A stretch of DNA of 64,000 bases from Akkermansia sp. (GTDB lineage: Bacteria > Verrucomicrobiota > Verrucomicrobiia > Verrucomicrobiales > Akkermansiaceae), in the NCBI GenBank assembly GCA_017517805.1, contig JAFWYD010000089.1, positions 26,887 to 90,886 on the forward strand, read 5' to 3'. The notes beneath the pieces were generated by a model. It did not search any database and was not told where the DNA came from. It saw nothing but the letters and a program-made list of their open reading frames with translations. This document shows, piece by piece, positions 25,980-36,471 of this stretch. Every line of letters begins with the position of its first letter. The stretch's first letter is position 1. The translations under genes and the position numbers were made by a program.

Positions 25980-26549
25980 ATGGCAAAAGTTCCCGTTATT
26001 CAGCTCCGCAAAGGTCACGCCGTGAACTACAACGGCGATATCTGCGTTGTGCGTGAGAGCCAGCTCAAGACTCCCCCCCGCATGGCCTCCTATGTGCAGA
26101 TGACCATCCGCAGCATTGCTTCTGGCAAGGATTACAATCTGCGCCTTACCTCCAACGATTTCCTTGAGGGCGTGATGCTCAGCCGCGAGGAGATGGAATT
26201 CTCCTATGTGGACGGCATGGGCTACCACTTCCTGAACACCGAGACCTACGAGGATGTCTGCGTGGGCGAGGATATCGTGGAACCCGTGAAGGATTACCTC
26301 ATCGAAGGTAATGTGTACGTACTGCTCTTCACCGATGAAATCGTGTGCTCCATCGAGCTTCCCGCCGCCATCACCATGGAAGTGGCCGAGGCTCCCGAGG
26401 GCGTGAAGGGCAACTCCGCCAACAATGTGTACAAGAGCGCCACCATGACCACGGGCCTCGTGGTGCAGGTGCCCCTGTTCATCACCGCTGGTCAGCGTAT
26501 CTCCGTGAAAACGGAAGATGGTACCTACCTGGGCCGCGTGAATAACTGA
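25980..26549 (+). CDS. efp: Elongation factor P family protein with Arg at the loop tip
   Basis: 189 aa. Aligns along its whole length with EF-P/YeiP (KOW N-domain, FSYVDG, VVQVPLFI). The loop reads KTPPR34MAS where E. coli EF-P has KPGK34GQA. Confidence 0.88.
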   Translation: MAKVPVIQLRKGHAVNYNGDICVVRESQLKTPPRMASYVQMTIRSIASGKDYNLRLTSNDFLEGVMLSREEMEFSYVDGMGYHFLNTETYEDVCVGEDIVEPVKDYLIEGNVYVLLFTDEIVCSIELPAAITMEVAEAPEGVKGNSANNVYKSATMTTGLVVQVPLFITAGQRISVKTEDGTYLGRVNN

Positions 26550-26572
26550 TTTAGTACACAAAATCCGCTTTC

Positions 26573-26607
26573 AACCGCCGTGGATGCGAATCTGCGGCGG
26601 TTTTTTA
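26573..26607 (+). terminator. Rho-independent terminator after efp
   Basis: Stem aaccgccg/cggcggtt followed by a T6 run. Confidence 0.75.
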
Positions 26608-26665
26608 TTGCGCTGAGTGAGGGCCTGTGTTAGTATAAGAGCACTAAAACGGTTTTTTAACTATT

Positions 26666-27634
26666 ATGATCAGCCATATCATTCGCGGTAAAAAGGTATT
26701 CGAAGATGAAATCGAAGCTCTCAAGGTCATCGGCAATGAGCTCGATAATTCCTTCGATGAGGCGGTGGAAGCCATGCGCAAGGCCATCAACTCCGGCCAC
26801 AAGATTATCATTGTCGGTGTAGGCAAGAGTGGCCTCATCGGTGATAAGATTGCTGCCACACTTACCTCGACCGGTGCCCCCTCCGTGGTGCTTGATACCA
26901 TGAACGCCCTGCATGGTGACCTGGGTATCGTGCAGGATGGTGATGCCTGCATTGCCATGTCCTACTCCGGCGAGACGGCAGAGCTGCTCACCCTCATGCC
27001 TTTCCTGAAGCGTTTTGATATCTCCATCATCGGCATGACCGGCAAGCCCGGCTCCACCCTGGCCCAGCTTTCCGATGTGGTGCTCAATACCCATGTGGAT
27101 CGCGAGGCCGACCCGCTGAACCTGGCCCCCACCTCATCTTCCACCGCGATGCTGGTGATGGGTGATGCCCTGGCCATGGCTCTGCTGGAGGCTCAGAACT
27201 TCACCAAGGAAGACTTTGCCCGCAGTCATCCCGGCGGCTCCCTGGGGCGCGCGCTGCTCACCCGCATCAGCGATATCATGCGTACCGAGTTTGCCAAGCT
27301 GCCCGAATCCTCCACCATCATGGATTGTATCATCGCCATGTCCACCGCCCGCGTGGGTGCCTGCATCCTGGTGCATGATGACGGCTCTCTGGCTGGCGTG
27401 TTCACTCATGGTGACTTTGCCCGCGCCTATCAGAAAGACCCCTCGTGCGGTGTGCAGCCGGTGCGTGATATCATGACCAGGAATCCGGTGTACGTGGAGG
27501 CTGATAAGCTGGCCATCGTAGCTGTCAAGGCTCTGCGCGACCGCCGCATTGACGACCTTGTCGTGCTCGATTCCGACAACAAGCCGGTCGGTCTTATCGA
27601 TACTCAGGACCTCGTACGCCTCAAACTTATCTGA
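26666..27634 (+). CDS. kdsD: Arabinose-5-phosphate isomerase (KdsD/KpsF; SIS + tandem CBS)
   Basis: 322 aa. SIS block IIIVGVGKSGLIGDKIAATLTSTG. C-terminal CBS pair. Confidence 0.88.
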   Translation: MISHIIRGKKVFEDEIEALKVIGNELDNSFDEAVEAMRKAINSGHKIIIVGVGKSGLIGDKIAATLTSTGAPSVVLDTMNALHGDLGIVQDGDACIAMSYSGETAELLTLMPFLKRFDISIIGMTGKPGSTLAQLSDVVLNTHVDREADPLNLAPTSSSTAMLVMGDALAMALLEAQNFTKEDFARSHPGGSLGRALLTRISDIMRTEFAKLPESSTIMDCIIAMSTARVGACILVHDDGSLAGVFTHGDFARAYQKDPSCGVQPVRDIMTRNPVYVEADKLAIVAVKALRDRRIDDLVVLDSDNKPVGLIDTQDLVRLKLI

Positions 27635-27757
27635 TTTAAGGCTCTTTGAGCAGAAATTTTAGCCTCAAACACACTTTAGGCTTGATTTCTTCGCGGAAAA
27701 GGTGCATCATCTGCCACCGCATTTGCGAAAGCAAGAGATCTTACATTATAAAAAGCT

Positions 27758-28036
27758 ATGAGAAAGTACGAAGCACTGATCGTTCTGAACATGAAGGGTT
27801 CTGCCACCCTCGATGAGCTGACCGCCGCCATGACGGAGAAGCTTGAGGCTGCAGGCGCCAAGGTGACCGGCACCACGAATGTGGGTCGTCGTGAATTCGC
27901 TTATGAGTCTAACCACCTGACGCACGGGCAGTACATGCTGTTCCAGTTCGATGCTGAGCCCTCCGTGATTCGCACGGCCCGCGAGGCTCTTGCTATCGAC
28001 GAGCGCGTACACTACCAGTACTACCGCACCAAGTAA
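27758..28036 (+). CDS. rpsF: 30S ribosomal protein bS6
   Basis: 92 aa. MRKYEALIVL..GRREFAYE..G.Y..F.F pattern typical of S6. Monocistronic here (no rpsR/rplI downstream). Confidence 0.9.
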   Translation: MRKYEALIVLNMKGSATLDELTAAMTEKLEAAGAKVTGTTNVGRREFAYESNHLTHGQYMLFQFDAEPSVIRTAREALAIDERVHYQYYRTK

Positions 28037-28081
28037 ACCGCGCATCTGTGCGGTTGAAGAAGCGAAAAGCCTTTTCAAAAC

Positions 28082-28110
28082 AAAGCCCTGCCTTCCGGCA
28101 GGGCTTTTTG
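28082..28110. terminator. Bidirectional terminator between rpsF (+) and recO (-)
   Basis: Stem gccctgcc/ggcagggc, loop ttcc, flanked by A-run and T-run (aaa...ttttt). Confidence 0.8.
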
Positions 28111-28125
28111 CGTGGTAAGGGAGTA

Positions 28126-28659
28126 TCAGGCTTCCAGCTTTTCGAGCAGCTCGGCGCGTCCCGCCGGCAGGTGCTGGAAATGCCGCAGCAGGGCGTGGTG
28201 CGGCGATTCTGCCGGGGAGTATAGACCATGAAGCTCCGCGAGCCTCTGCTCAAACCGAAGCAGGATAGCGCGTCTCAGCTTGCCGGTGCAGCTATAATCC
28301 AGCGCTGCGGCAATGAGCTGGTGCCAGGCGGGTTCTGCCGCACCGGATTCCACCGTGGCGAGCAGGAGACGGCCCATATAGCTGGCTAGTTGCAACCGCG
28401 CCAGGCTGCTGCGCAGAGCAAGGCGCGGAGAAAGCAGACTGACCGAACTGAGCGTGTGCAAGTCCCCCTGCGTTGCCTGGCGAAACAGGAGTTCGCATTC
28501 ATGGAATAAATCAATCTGCCCGCTCAGCTCACTTCCGGGTTTGCGGGCCAGGCGGGCCGCCGTGCGCACGATACCGTGCGATGCGGTACACCAGGTGACG
28601 ATGAGCCCATGCTCCCCCAGCGGCTGCAGGCGCAGGATGGTGCCAGTATCTTTTTCCAT
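28126..28659 (-). CDS. recO: DNA repair protein RecO (compact form, no Cys4 zinc finger seen)
   Basis: 177 aa. N-terminal OB-fold pattern G.ILR..P.GE..LIV...T...G and helical C-domain resemble RecO. Shorter than typical RecO. Confidence 0.7.
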   Translation of the reverse strand: MEKDTGTILRLQPLGEHGLIVTWCTASHGIVRTAARLARKPGSELSGQIDLFHECELLFRQATQGDLHTLSSVSLLSPRLALRSSLARLQLASYMGRLLLATVESGAAEPAWHQLIAAALDYSCTGKLRRAILLRFEQRLAELHGLYSPAESPHHALLRHFQHLPAGRAELLEKLEA

Positions 28660-28660
28660 C

Positions 28661-29425
28661 TCAAGGGAGCTGGAGCTTGGGCTTGATATTGAGGATACCA
28701 GAGAGTGCCAGCGAGCGCTGGTAGGGGATATAGGCCTTGTTATTGGCGAAAATCATTTCAGCCAGGTGGATTTGCCGCGATGCTTCCTGGCGATCGCCCC
28801 TGGATAGGGCGCACGCACCTTTGCCAAAGTGGTATAAAGGTGTGTCAGACATGGCTGAGACATGCTTCATCTGCTCCTTCGCTTCCTTTTCCTGCCCAAG
28901 CATCAGATAGCAGAGCATCGCTCTGAAAGCAAGGACATTGTGCAGCTCTGCATCAGCATCGAGGGGGAGGGCATCGCGCAGGGAATTCAGAATCTGCAGA
29001 CTTTGCGTGTATCGCCCCGTCGCCATGAAGAGATTGGCCTGGTTCATGAGAGCGACCTGATCCCCTGGCATGGCTGCAAGCACTCGATTGAGCTCCGCCT
29101 CAGCCTCTTCAAAATACTTCTGCTCCATGAGGCAGCTTGCCCGCAGGTTCCAGATATTCGGATTCCCGGTCATGATGAGCTCGCACTCAGCCAGATAGGC
29201 GATGCAATCCACCCACTTGCCAGCATGGTATGCTTGTTTGGCCTGGTTCAGGCGGGTCACATACTCCTCACGTTTCTCTTTTGGCAGGTTGGAAAAGCTG
29301 ATGAGCCAGGACGGCATTTCCTCGAGTGTTGCATGCTGCTCAGGGGTATCCTGCGCGTGGGAGGGCTGCACCAGGCTCCCGCAGAGCAGGAACCCCGGAA
29401 GAAGGTAAACAAGGGGTAGCTTCAT
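28661..29425 (-). CDS. Secreted TPR-repeat protein
   Basis: Signal MKLPLVYLLPGFLLCGSLVQPSHA. Repeated A..Y..A/G..Y..A 34-residue-like helical repeats. 1-nt overlap with the dxs stop. Confidence 0.65.
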   Translation of the reverse strand: MKLPLVYLLPGFLLCGSLVQPSHAQDTPEQHATLEEMPSWLISFSNLPKEKREEYVTRLNQAKQAYHAGKWVDCIAYLAECELIMTGNPNIWNLRASCLMEQKYFEEAEAELNRVLAAMPGDQVALMNQANLFMATGRYTQSLQILNSLRDALPLDADAELHNVLAFRAMLCYLMLGQEKEAKEQMKHVSAMSDTPLYHFGKGACALSRGDRQEASRQIHLAEMIFANNKAYIPYQRSLALSGILNIKPKLQLP

Positions 29426-31317
29426 TACTTATTAGTGAAATTATTGTAGATGCACTCAGCAATGGCTTGCGGGGTCAGTTGGTATTTTGCTCTCAGCTGA
29501 GCCTCGCTGCCGTGTTCGATGAACTGGTTGGGCCAGCCGATGCGCAGCACCGGGGTGGCATGGCGGTGCTCATTGAGCATTTCCATGACCGCAGAACCAA
29601 AACCACCGGCGATGACATGGTCTTCCATGGTCACAATGAGGCGGCTCCGGCTTGCCTGCTGCAAGATGCACTCTGCGTCCAGCGGGCAGATGAAGCGAGC
29701 ATTCACATGCGCACAGGAGATGCCTTTTTCTGCCAGAAGCTGGCGTACCTTCGCGGCGTAGCCATTCATATTGCCCAGCGCCAGCAGGGTGATATCGCTC
29801 CCGTCTGCTATCATTTCAGCCTTGCCCAGGGGCAGGGGAGTGAGCTCTGCCGGCATGGGAACCCCCTCACCTGCACCGCGCGGGTAGCGGATGAGGCTCG
29901 GCCGATCGTTGATGGTGTTCATGGTTGCCAGCATGTGCCCCAGCTCTGCTTCATCCTTGGGTTGCATCATCACCAGGTTCGGGATGGCCCGCATCATGGC
30001 AATATCGAATACCCCGTGGTGGGTCGGCCCGTCATCCGGCGAAAGCCCGGCGCGGTCCATGCAGAAACGCACTGGCAGATTCTGCAGGGCTGCATCATGC
30101 TGAATCATATCCACGCAGCGCTGCATGAAGGTTGAGTACACGGCCAGGTAGGGCTTGAGCCCCTGCGTGGCCATACCGCAGGCCACGAGCGAGGCATGCT
30201 CCTCGGCAATGCCCACATCGTAGTAGCGCTTCGGGAAACGCGAGCGGAAAATATCCAGGCGGGTGCCGGTAGGCATGGCCGCCGTGATGGCGGTAATGTC
30301 CGGGTCATCTGCCGCGAGCCGGGTCAGATGGGTGCCGAAAGCTTCAGAATAGGTGATGACCGCCCCCTTGCTGGTGCTGCCGTCTTCCACATTGTACTGC
30401 CCGATACCGTGGAACTTGGTGGGATTGCCGGCTGCCGGTGCATAGCCGCGGCCTTTTTCGGTGATGACGTGAATGATGACGGGGCCGTCATTGCGCGCTG
30501 CAATACGCAGAATCTTCTCCAGTCGCTTGGGATCGTGGCCATCAACGGGTCCGTAGTAACTCAGCCCGAGTTCCTGGAAGAAACTCAGCGGCGTGATGAT
30601 ACCGTGCGCTGCCCGCACCAGTTTGGAAACCTGCTTGCGCGCAGTCGTGCCTGCAATCTTTTCGATGATCGCCTTGGTATTGCGGCGCAGCCAGGCGTAG
30701 GTATCAGTCTCCTGCAATGAGGCAAAGTAGGCCGAGAGTGCGCCGACATTGCGGTCGATACTCCACTCATTGTCATTGAGGATGAGGATGAACTTACGAG
30801 TGGTGGTGGCGATGTTGTTCAGCCCCTCCAGCGTTGTGCCGCATGTGAAGGCACCATCACCCACCACGGAGATGACATGGTAATCCTCCCTCGCCAAATC
30901 ACGCGCTGCTGCCATGCCCAGCCCCGCCGAAAGGGCCGTTCCCGCATGCCCCGCCCCGTAGGCATCATGTTCCGATTCGCTGCGTTTGCAGAAACCGGAA
31001 AGGCCGCCATGCTGGCGCAGGGTGTGGAACTGGCCTGCGCGGCCAGTCAGCAGTTTGTGCACATAGCATTGGTGCGAGACATCGAAGAGAATCTTATCCG
31101 TGGGAGTATTGAACACCCGGTGCAGGGCAATGCTCAGCTCCACCAGTCCCAGATTCGGAGCCAGGTGCCCACCCGTTTCTGCCAGGGTGTGAATCAGCGT
31201 TTCGCGTATCTCTGCTGCGAGCGCATCAAGCTGCCCGGCAGGAAGTTTCTTGACATCCTCCGGGGATTGGATAGCAGCCAGCAGCGGGGGCAGCTCAGAT
31301 GAGGGAGAATTCTGCAT
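29425..31317 (-). CDS. dxs: 1-deoxy-D-xylulose-5-phosphate synthase
   Basis: 630 aa. GGHLAPNLGLVELSIALH, DVSHQCYVHKLLTGR, the GDG..T.G thiamine-PP motif, and IAEEHA. Confidence 0.95.
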   Translation of the reverse strand: MQNSPSSELPPLLAAIQSPEDVKKLPAGQLDALAAEIRETLIHTLAETGGHLAPNLGLVELSIALHRVFNTPTDKILFDVSHQCYVHKLLTGRAGQFHTLRQHGGLSGFCKRSESEHDAYGAGHAGTALSAGLGMAAARDLAREDYHVISVVGDGAFTCGTTLEGLNNIATTTRKFILILNDNEWSIDRNVGALSAYFASLQETDTYAWLRRNTKAIIEKIAGTTARKQVSKLVRAAHGIITPLSFFQELGLSYYGPVDGHDPKRLEKILRIAARNDGPVIIHVITEKGRGYAPAAGNPTKFHGIGQYNVEDGSTSKGAVITYSEAFGTHLTRLAADDPDITAITAAMPTGTRLDIFRSRFPKRYYDVGIAEEHASLVACGMATQGLKPYLAVYSTFMQRCVDMIQHDAALQNLPVRFCMDRAGLSPDDGPTHHGVFDIAMMRAIPNLVMMQPKDEAELGHMLATMNTINDRPSLIRYPRGAGEGVPMPAELTPLPLGKAEMIADGSDITLLALGNMNGYAAKVRQLLAEKGISCAHVNARFICPLDAECILQQASRSRLIVTMEDHVIAGGFGSAVMEMLNEHRHATPVLRIGWPNQFIEHGSEAQLRAKYQLTPQAIAECIYNNFTNK

Positions 31318-31555
31318 GTGTCTCTTGTGTTTCCTCCGTTTCTGCCGCAGCTCCAGCCTGTTCCAGTTTCTGAATCTTCAGTTCAGCCTCTGCCAGCAGT
31401 TTTTCACTACTGCAAACAAGCGCCAGCCCTTCTGCAGCCAGATTGAGCATTTCTTCCAACCCGGTTTCCGGGTTGTTGACACGAGCCACAATTTCTTCGA
31501 GCCTGGTGGTGGCTTCTTCGAAATTCAAGGATTTTGCTTTTGCGCGGGGAGGCAT
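31295..31555 (-). CDS. xseB: Exodeoxyribonuclease VII small subunit
   Basis: 86 aa. FEEATTRLEEIV.....LEEML coiled-coil pattern. Classical position upstream of dxs, with a 23-nt overlap. Confidence 0.8.
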   Translation of the reverse strand: MPPRAKAKSLNFEEATTRLEEIVARVNNPETGLEEMLNLAAEGLALVCSSEKLLAEAELKIQKLEQAGAAAETEETQETHAEFSLI

Positions 31556-31579
31556 GGCGGTGGGGGATATGTTTATTAC

Positions 31580-33448
31580 TTACTTGTTTTTATCACTAAC
31601 GTCTTCCCGACTGTAATAAATCATCTCAGCCCCCAGAAGGAAATTGCGGTGGCGGTATACACCCTGGGAGGAAACAAGACTGGCCAGCGGTCGGGCCGTG
31701 GATTTCGGGTTGGCATTGGTGTTGAACAACTCTGCAAAGGCCATATTGTGTTTCGGGGCGAGCAGCAGGAGCTTGCCTTCGAGCGCCAGCGGGGCAAAAT
31801 CACCTTCTTTCTGGATGACTCCGGCCACGCCACTTGTGCCCATGGAATGGGATGATGGGGTGATGAGGAAGCCTTGGACATCCTGCCCGTGTTTGCGGAA
31901 GACGGGTTCGAGGTTGCGGCTGTAGTCAGCCAGGCTGCGGGGCAGCCAGAGTGCCTTGCGGTCAGCGTACCAGGCAACCGCCCAGGGCTGGTCCGTTACC
32001 ACAATCTCCTTTTCATTGGTCATGTTGTGCAGCTTGCCGTTCAGAGCCGCCGGGTAATAGGGCGGGAAGTGGGGGATGCCCCGGGCGCTTGTCCAGATGC
32101 CGATATAGAGCTGCCGGGGCAGCTGGAAGAGGAACATACCGGAGGAGATAAGCAGCATGGCGGCAATCGCGAGCGCGCGCACCGCATTGAAAGACTCACC
32201 CAGCTGCATGCGGCTGAGCAGCGTGAACACCATCGCTGCACCGTAGGCGGCAAAGAAGGGGGTGAACAAGGTGGCCAGCTGACTATCGCTCACGCTCTTC
32301 GTTTCCCCGAAGAGCGCCATGCCGAGGCAGGCTGTAAGCCACATGCAGAGCACGGCCCATTTGCCGGCCTCAACGACCGGTTTCTTGAACTTATTGAACA
32401 GCGCGAGCAGGAAGAAGGGAACCGTGAAGATGGCCCCCATGTTGATGTACATGCTGTTGAATTGAGCGAAGGTGAATCCCAGCAGCTGCAGGAAGAAATT
32501 GGAGGTGTTGAAGGCAATGCCGGAGGATGAAGCCGAACGCATCAGCATATCTGAGGCACTGGCTCCGAAGCCGTTGAACACACCGTGGATAATCTTGCGC
32601 TCGATACCACCCGTGGGGGCCAGTATCAGAATGGCCGGAACGGCCACCAGTATCAGCAGAATACCGCTGCCGATAGCGGCATGCATACCGCGCGGGGTAA
32701 AGTAAAATCCGCAGAACAGGATCAGCCCCAGCGCTATCCAGATGCACATGTAATTCGTGAGGCAGAGCAGGGAAATCAGCACAAAAGTGGTGCATACCCA
32801 CGCGATGGTGCGCTTGTCATCATCTGACTGGTGAGCTTTGATGGCCGATATAAGGCAGTGAGCGGCCCCCAGCATGAGGCAGAACATGAATGCATGCGGC
32901 AGGCCGCTGAGCGCATATTGCAGCATCAGACTGCTGAGCCCCATGAAGGCAACCGTCGTCGCCGCCACCACTTCGTCGAACATGCGGCAGAACAAGGTGT
33001 AGGTCAGCAGAAGCGCAATCAGGAAGAAAAAGGTGCTGGTGCCAGCGATGACCCTGTCGCCGTTATAAACGTTCGTGTTCTCCGTATCCATGCGCTTGGC
33101 CTCAAAGTCATCGTACCCGGTGAGCTTGATGGCTGCTGCCAGAATGTAAGGATAGATCGGAGCGTGGCTCGTTGCGGCAAAATGGTCGAAGTCAAGCTGC
33201 TTGTCCTCCTCTTCCTTCTGGGAGAAATCCCATACATCAATCGGGCGCAGGAACTTGGTGGTCATGCCCTCCCCGCGGGCAATCTGGCGGGCAATCTGGG
33301 CCATATCCATGGCGGCGGGCTGGTCCATGCCCCGGTAGGTCAGGCAGAGCTGGATGATGCAGATGCTCGTGATAAGCAGCGCGAGCACCCAGCGCAGGCT
33401 GATAAAGGCATTGCGGCGTGAATAAGCTGTAGAGGATGTATCTTCCAT
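31580..33448 (-). CDS. Large polytopic membrane protein, possible GT-C-fold glycosyltransferase (ArnT/PMT-like)
   Basis: 622 aa. More than 10 predicted TM helices, then a soluble C-terminal domain of about 170 aa. First loop is acidic with AMDMAQIARQIARGEG. The family call is tentative. Confidence 0.5.
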   Translation of the reverse strand: MEDTSSTAYSRRNAFISLRWVLALLITSICIIQLCLTYRGMDQPAAMDMAQIARQIARGEGMTTKFLRPIDVWDFSQKEEEDKQLDFDHFAATSHAPIYPYILAAAIKLTGYDDFEAKRMDTENTNVYNGDRVIAGTSTFFFLIALLLTYTLFCRMFDEVVAATTVAFMGLSSLMLQYALSGLPHAFMFCLMLGAAHCLISAIKAHQSDDDKRTIAWVCTTFVLISLLCLTNYMCIWIALGLILFCGFYFTPRGMHAAIGSGILLILVAVPAILILAPTGGIERKIIHGVFNGFGASASDMLMRSASSSGIAFNTSNFFLQLLGFTFAQFNSMYINMGAIFTVPFFLLALFNKFKKPVVEAGKWAVLCMWLTACLGMALFGETKSVSDSQLATLFTPFFAAYGAAMVFTLLSRMQLGESFNAVRALAIAAMLLISSGMFLFQLPRQLYIGIWTSARGIPHFPPYYPAALNGKLHNMTNEKEIVVTDQPWAVAWYADRKALWLPRSLADYSRNLEPVFRKHGQDVQGFLITPSSHSMGTSGVAGVIQKEGDFAPLALEGKLLLLAPKHNMAFAELFNTNANPKSTARPLASLVSSQGVYRHRNFLLGAEMIYYSREDVSDKNK

Positions 33449-33460
33449 GGATTTGAACAG

Positions 33461-34855
<1,395 letters not shown>

Positions 34856-34859
34856 CGCA

Positions 34860-35903
34860 TCAAATCAGCCAGAGCCCCTCCGTCTCATCGAAGCCGAACA
34901 TGATATTGAACGCATGCACCCCCTGGCCACCTGCGCCCTTGATCACATTGTCCTCCGCGCTCATCAGCACCACCCGGTTTGTGCGGGCATCCACAGCCCA
35001 GCCCACATCCACAAAATTCGTGCGCGTCACATTCTTTGTATCTGCCGGCTTATTCAGCCCTTGCAGACGCACAAACGGAGCCTTTGCATACGCCGCCTCC
35101 AGGCAGGCTGAAATATCCTCAGCCGTCGTACCCGGTTTCAACTTCGCCACCGTCGTGGTCAGAATTCCCGTATTCACCGGTATCAAGTGCGGCGTGAACG
35201 TAATCGTCACCTTCGTGCCGGCGGCGCCGGAAAGTTCCTGCTCAATCTCAGAAAGATGGCGGTGGCGCGGCACCCCGTAGGCGCGCATACTCTCATTGCA
35301 CTCGCAGAACAGCAGACTCACATCCGCCTTGCGGCCAGCACCGCTCACACCGCTGCCGCTGTTCACCACAATATCCTCCGGCAGCACCAGCCCCGCCTTC
35401 AGCAGAGGCACCAGCGGCAGGATGATACTCGTCGGGTAGCAACCGGGCGACCCCACAATGCGGGCCTTGGCAATCTCCTCACGGTGCCACTCCGGCATGC
35501 CATACGGTGCCTCCTGCATCAGCTCCACATCCGCATGCGGCTTACCATAGAACTCCTCATACACCGCCGGGTCATTCAAGCGGAAATCGGCAGATAGATC
35601 CACCACGCGGATACCCGCCTCCACCAGCCCGCGGCCGTAGCTCACCGAGACACCGTGCGGCAGCGCCAGAAACGCAGCCTCGGCCCCCGTAGCGGCAATT
35701 GCCGCCACATCCGAATCCGTAAAGCACAAATCCGCCCCCGGCACATTCCGGAAACGCGGGAACAAATCGCACAACCTCTGCCCGGCATACTGGCGCGAAG
35801 TCGCGCACACCAGCTCCACACCGGGATGGCGCAGCAAAATTCTCAAAAGCTCCTGGCCAGTGTAACCACTAGCTCCTACAACGGCGGTTTTCACCTTCTT
35901 CAT
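34860..35903 (-). CDS. argC: N-acetyl-gamma-glutamyl-phosphate reductase
   Basis: Starts MKKVKTAVVGASGYTGQELLRIL (Rossmann fold). Catalytic-Cys block GSPGCYPTS. The ORF-track N-terminal extension up to 36434 runs through tRNA-Pro and is rejected. Confidence 0.92.
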   Translation of the reverse strand: MKKVKTAVVGASGYTGQELLRILLRHPGVELVCATSRQYAGQRLCDLFPRFRNVPGADLCFTDSDVAAIAATGAEAAFLALPHGVSVSYGRGLVEAGIRVVDLSADFRLNDPAVYEEFYGKPHADVELMQEAPYGMPEWHREEIAKARIVGSPGCYPTSIILPLVPLLKAGLVLPEDIVVNSGSGVSGAGRKADVSLLFCECNESMRAYGVPRHRHLSEIEQELSGAAGTKVTITFTPHLIPVNTGILTTTVAKLKPGTTAEDISACLEAAYAKAPFVRLQGLNKPADTKNVTRTNFVDVGWAVDARTNRVVLMSAEDNVIKGAGGQGVHAFNIMFGFDETEGLWLI

Positions 35904-36006
35904 GGCAAAAAATATCCTATCATGAAAAAAAGTGATTGACAATCCTAAAAAGTGCGTGTATACTGCGCCCGTCGCCGCGCTGCAAAGCGCGCGATACTCC
36001 AAATCA

Positions 36007-36080
36007 CGGGCAGTAGCGCAGTCTGGTAGCGCACTTGCATGGGGTGCAAGGGGTCGTGGGTTCGAATCCCGCTTGCCCGA
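36007..36080 (+). tRNA. tRNA-Pro (anticodon GGG)
   Basis: Manual cloverleaf. Acceptor cgggcag/ttgcccg, D arm gcgc-agtctggta-gcgc, anticodon arm cttgc-atGGGgt-gcaag (U33, G37), T arm gtggg-ttcgaat-cccgc. 74 nt. Confidence 0.93.
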
Positions 36081-36087
36081 TGAACAG

Positions 36088-36133
36088 AAACGCTCAGCAA
36101 TGGTAATAACCGCTGCTGAGCGTTTTGCTTTTG
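36088..36133 (+). terminator. Terminator hairpin after tRNA-Pro (possibly bidirectional)
   Basis: 12-bp stem aaacgctcagca/tgctgagcgttt, then ttttgctttt. On the minus strand it is followed by tttctgtt. Confidence 0.75.
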
Positions 36134-36134
36134 C

Positions 36135-36165
36135 TAGACAAAGCGGGAATCGAACACACGACCCC
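36135..36165 (-). pseudogene. Degenerate inverted copy of the tRNA-Pro 3' part (variable loop + T arm + acceptor strand)
   Basis: The reverse complement ggggtcgtgtgttcgattcccgctttgtcta matches tRNA-Pro 36050-36080 at 25 of 31 positions. The T stem is no longer complementary. Confidence 0.75.
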
Positions 36166-36340
36166 GCCGCAAAGGGGGAGTGGGCGACGAGTGCCAGTGG
36201 CACGAGTCGACCCTGCGCCGCCGGGACACCTCCCGGCGGGAAGCCCGGCAGGGCCGCAGGGGGCGGGTAGAAAACAGCCGACGACCGCAAGGCTGTTTGG
36301 ACAAACGCGCTGTGTTTGCCTCCGCAGGAGGTGAGCCGCC
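36166..36340. other. GC-rich multi-hairpin non-coding core (candidate structured RNA or palindromic DNA element)
   Basis: Hand-folded helices. gac-GA-gtgcc/ggcac-GA-gtc (36186-36208). A three-way junction: ccctgcg/cgcaggg closes a perfect 9-bp hairpin ccgccggga-cacc-tcccggcgg and gccc-ggca-gggc (36211-36261). aaacagcc/ggctgttt (36272-36298). caaac/gtttg (36302-36318). cctcc-gca-ggagg (36319-36331). No plausible CDS. Confidence 0.5.
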
Positions 36341-36376
36341 AATGGGGTGACGGCGAATCAATCCCGCTTGCTGGGA
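36341..36376 (+). pseudogene. Degenerate direct copy of tRNA-Pro anticodon-loop and T-arm/acceptor segments
   Basis: atggggtg matches the anticodon-loop region 8 of 8. Then cgaatcAATCccgcttgc equals the tRNA segment cgaatcccgcttgc with a 4-nt aatc duplication. About 12 nt are deleted between the two blocks. Confidence 0.7.
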
Positions 36377-36443
36377 TGGTTGGGAATGTTGTGTTGGCGA
36401 TAGACACTAAACGTGTTGTGAATACCACTCCCAAAAAAATAAC

Positions 36444-36471
36444 TTGCTATTCAGGGGGAGATGTGTATAAT
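36444..36471 (+). promoter_or_regulatory. Sigma70-type promoter of the PEP-CTERM protein gene
   Basis: TTGCTA (36444-36449), 16-nt spacer, TATAAT (36466-36471), 22 nt before the ATG at 36494. Confidence 0.6.

Noticed and set aside
36135-36376. tmRNA, RNase P RNA, SRP RNA, 6S RNA or cobalamin riboswitch in the gap after tRNA-Pro
   Set aside because: Checked by eye on both strands. There is no GGAAAGTCC/ACAGAA P4 pair (RNase P) and no GNAR-capped AGCA/GGAA helix-8 motif (SRP). There is no tag-like reading frame ending in an Ala-Ala stop, nor a canonical T arm plus acceptor pairing (tmRNA). Only the extreme ends pair rather than a long closing stem with a central bubble (6S). A GCCACTG box occurs, but without the GGGAA/GGTG core of B12 elements. 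Only a covariance-model search can settle this.
35904-36434. N-terminal extension of the argC ORF (the ORF track gives 524 aa)
   Set aside because: The extension reads through tRNA-Pro (the DSNPRP translation of a T arm) and the hairpin-rich non-coding region. ArgC homology begins at MKKVKTAVVGASGYTG (ATG at 35903).
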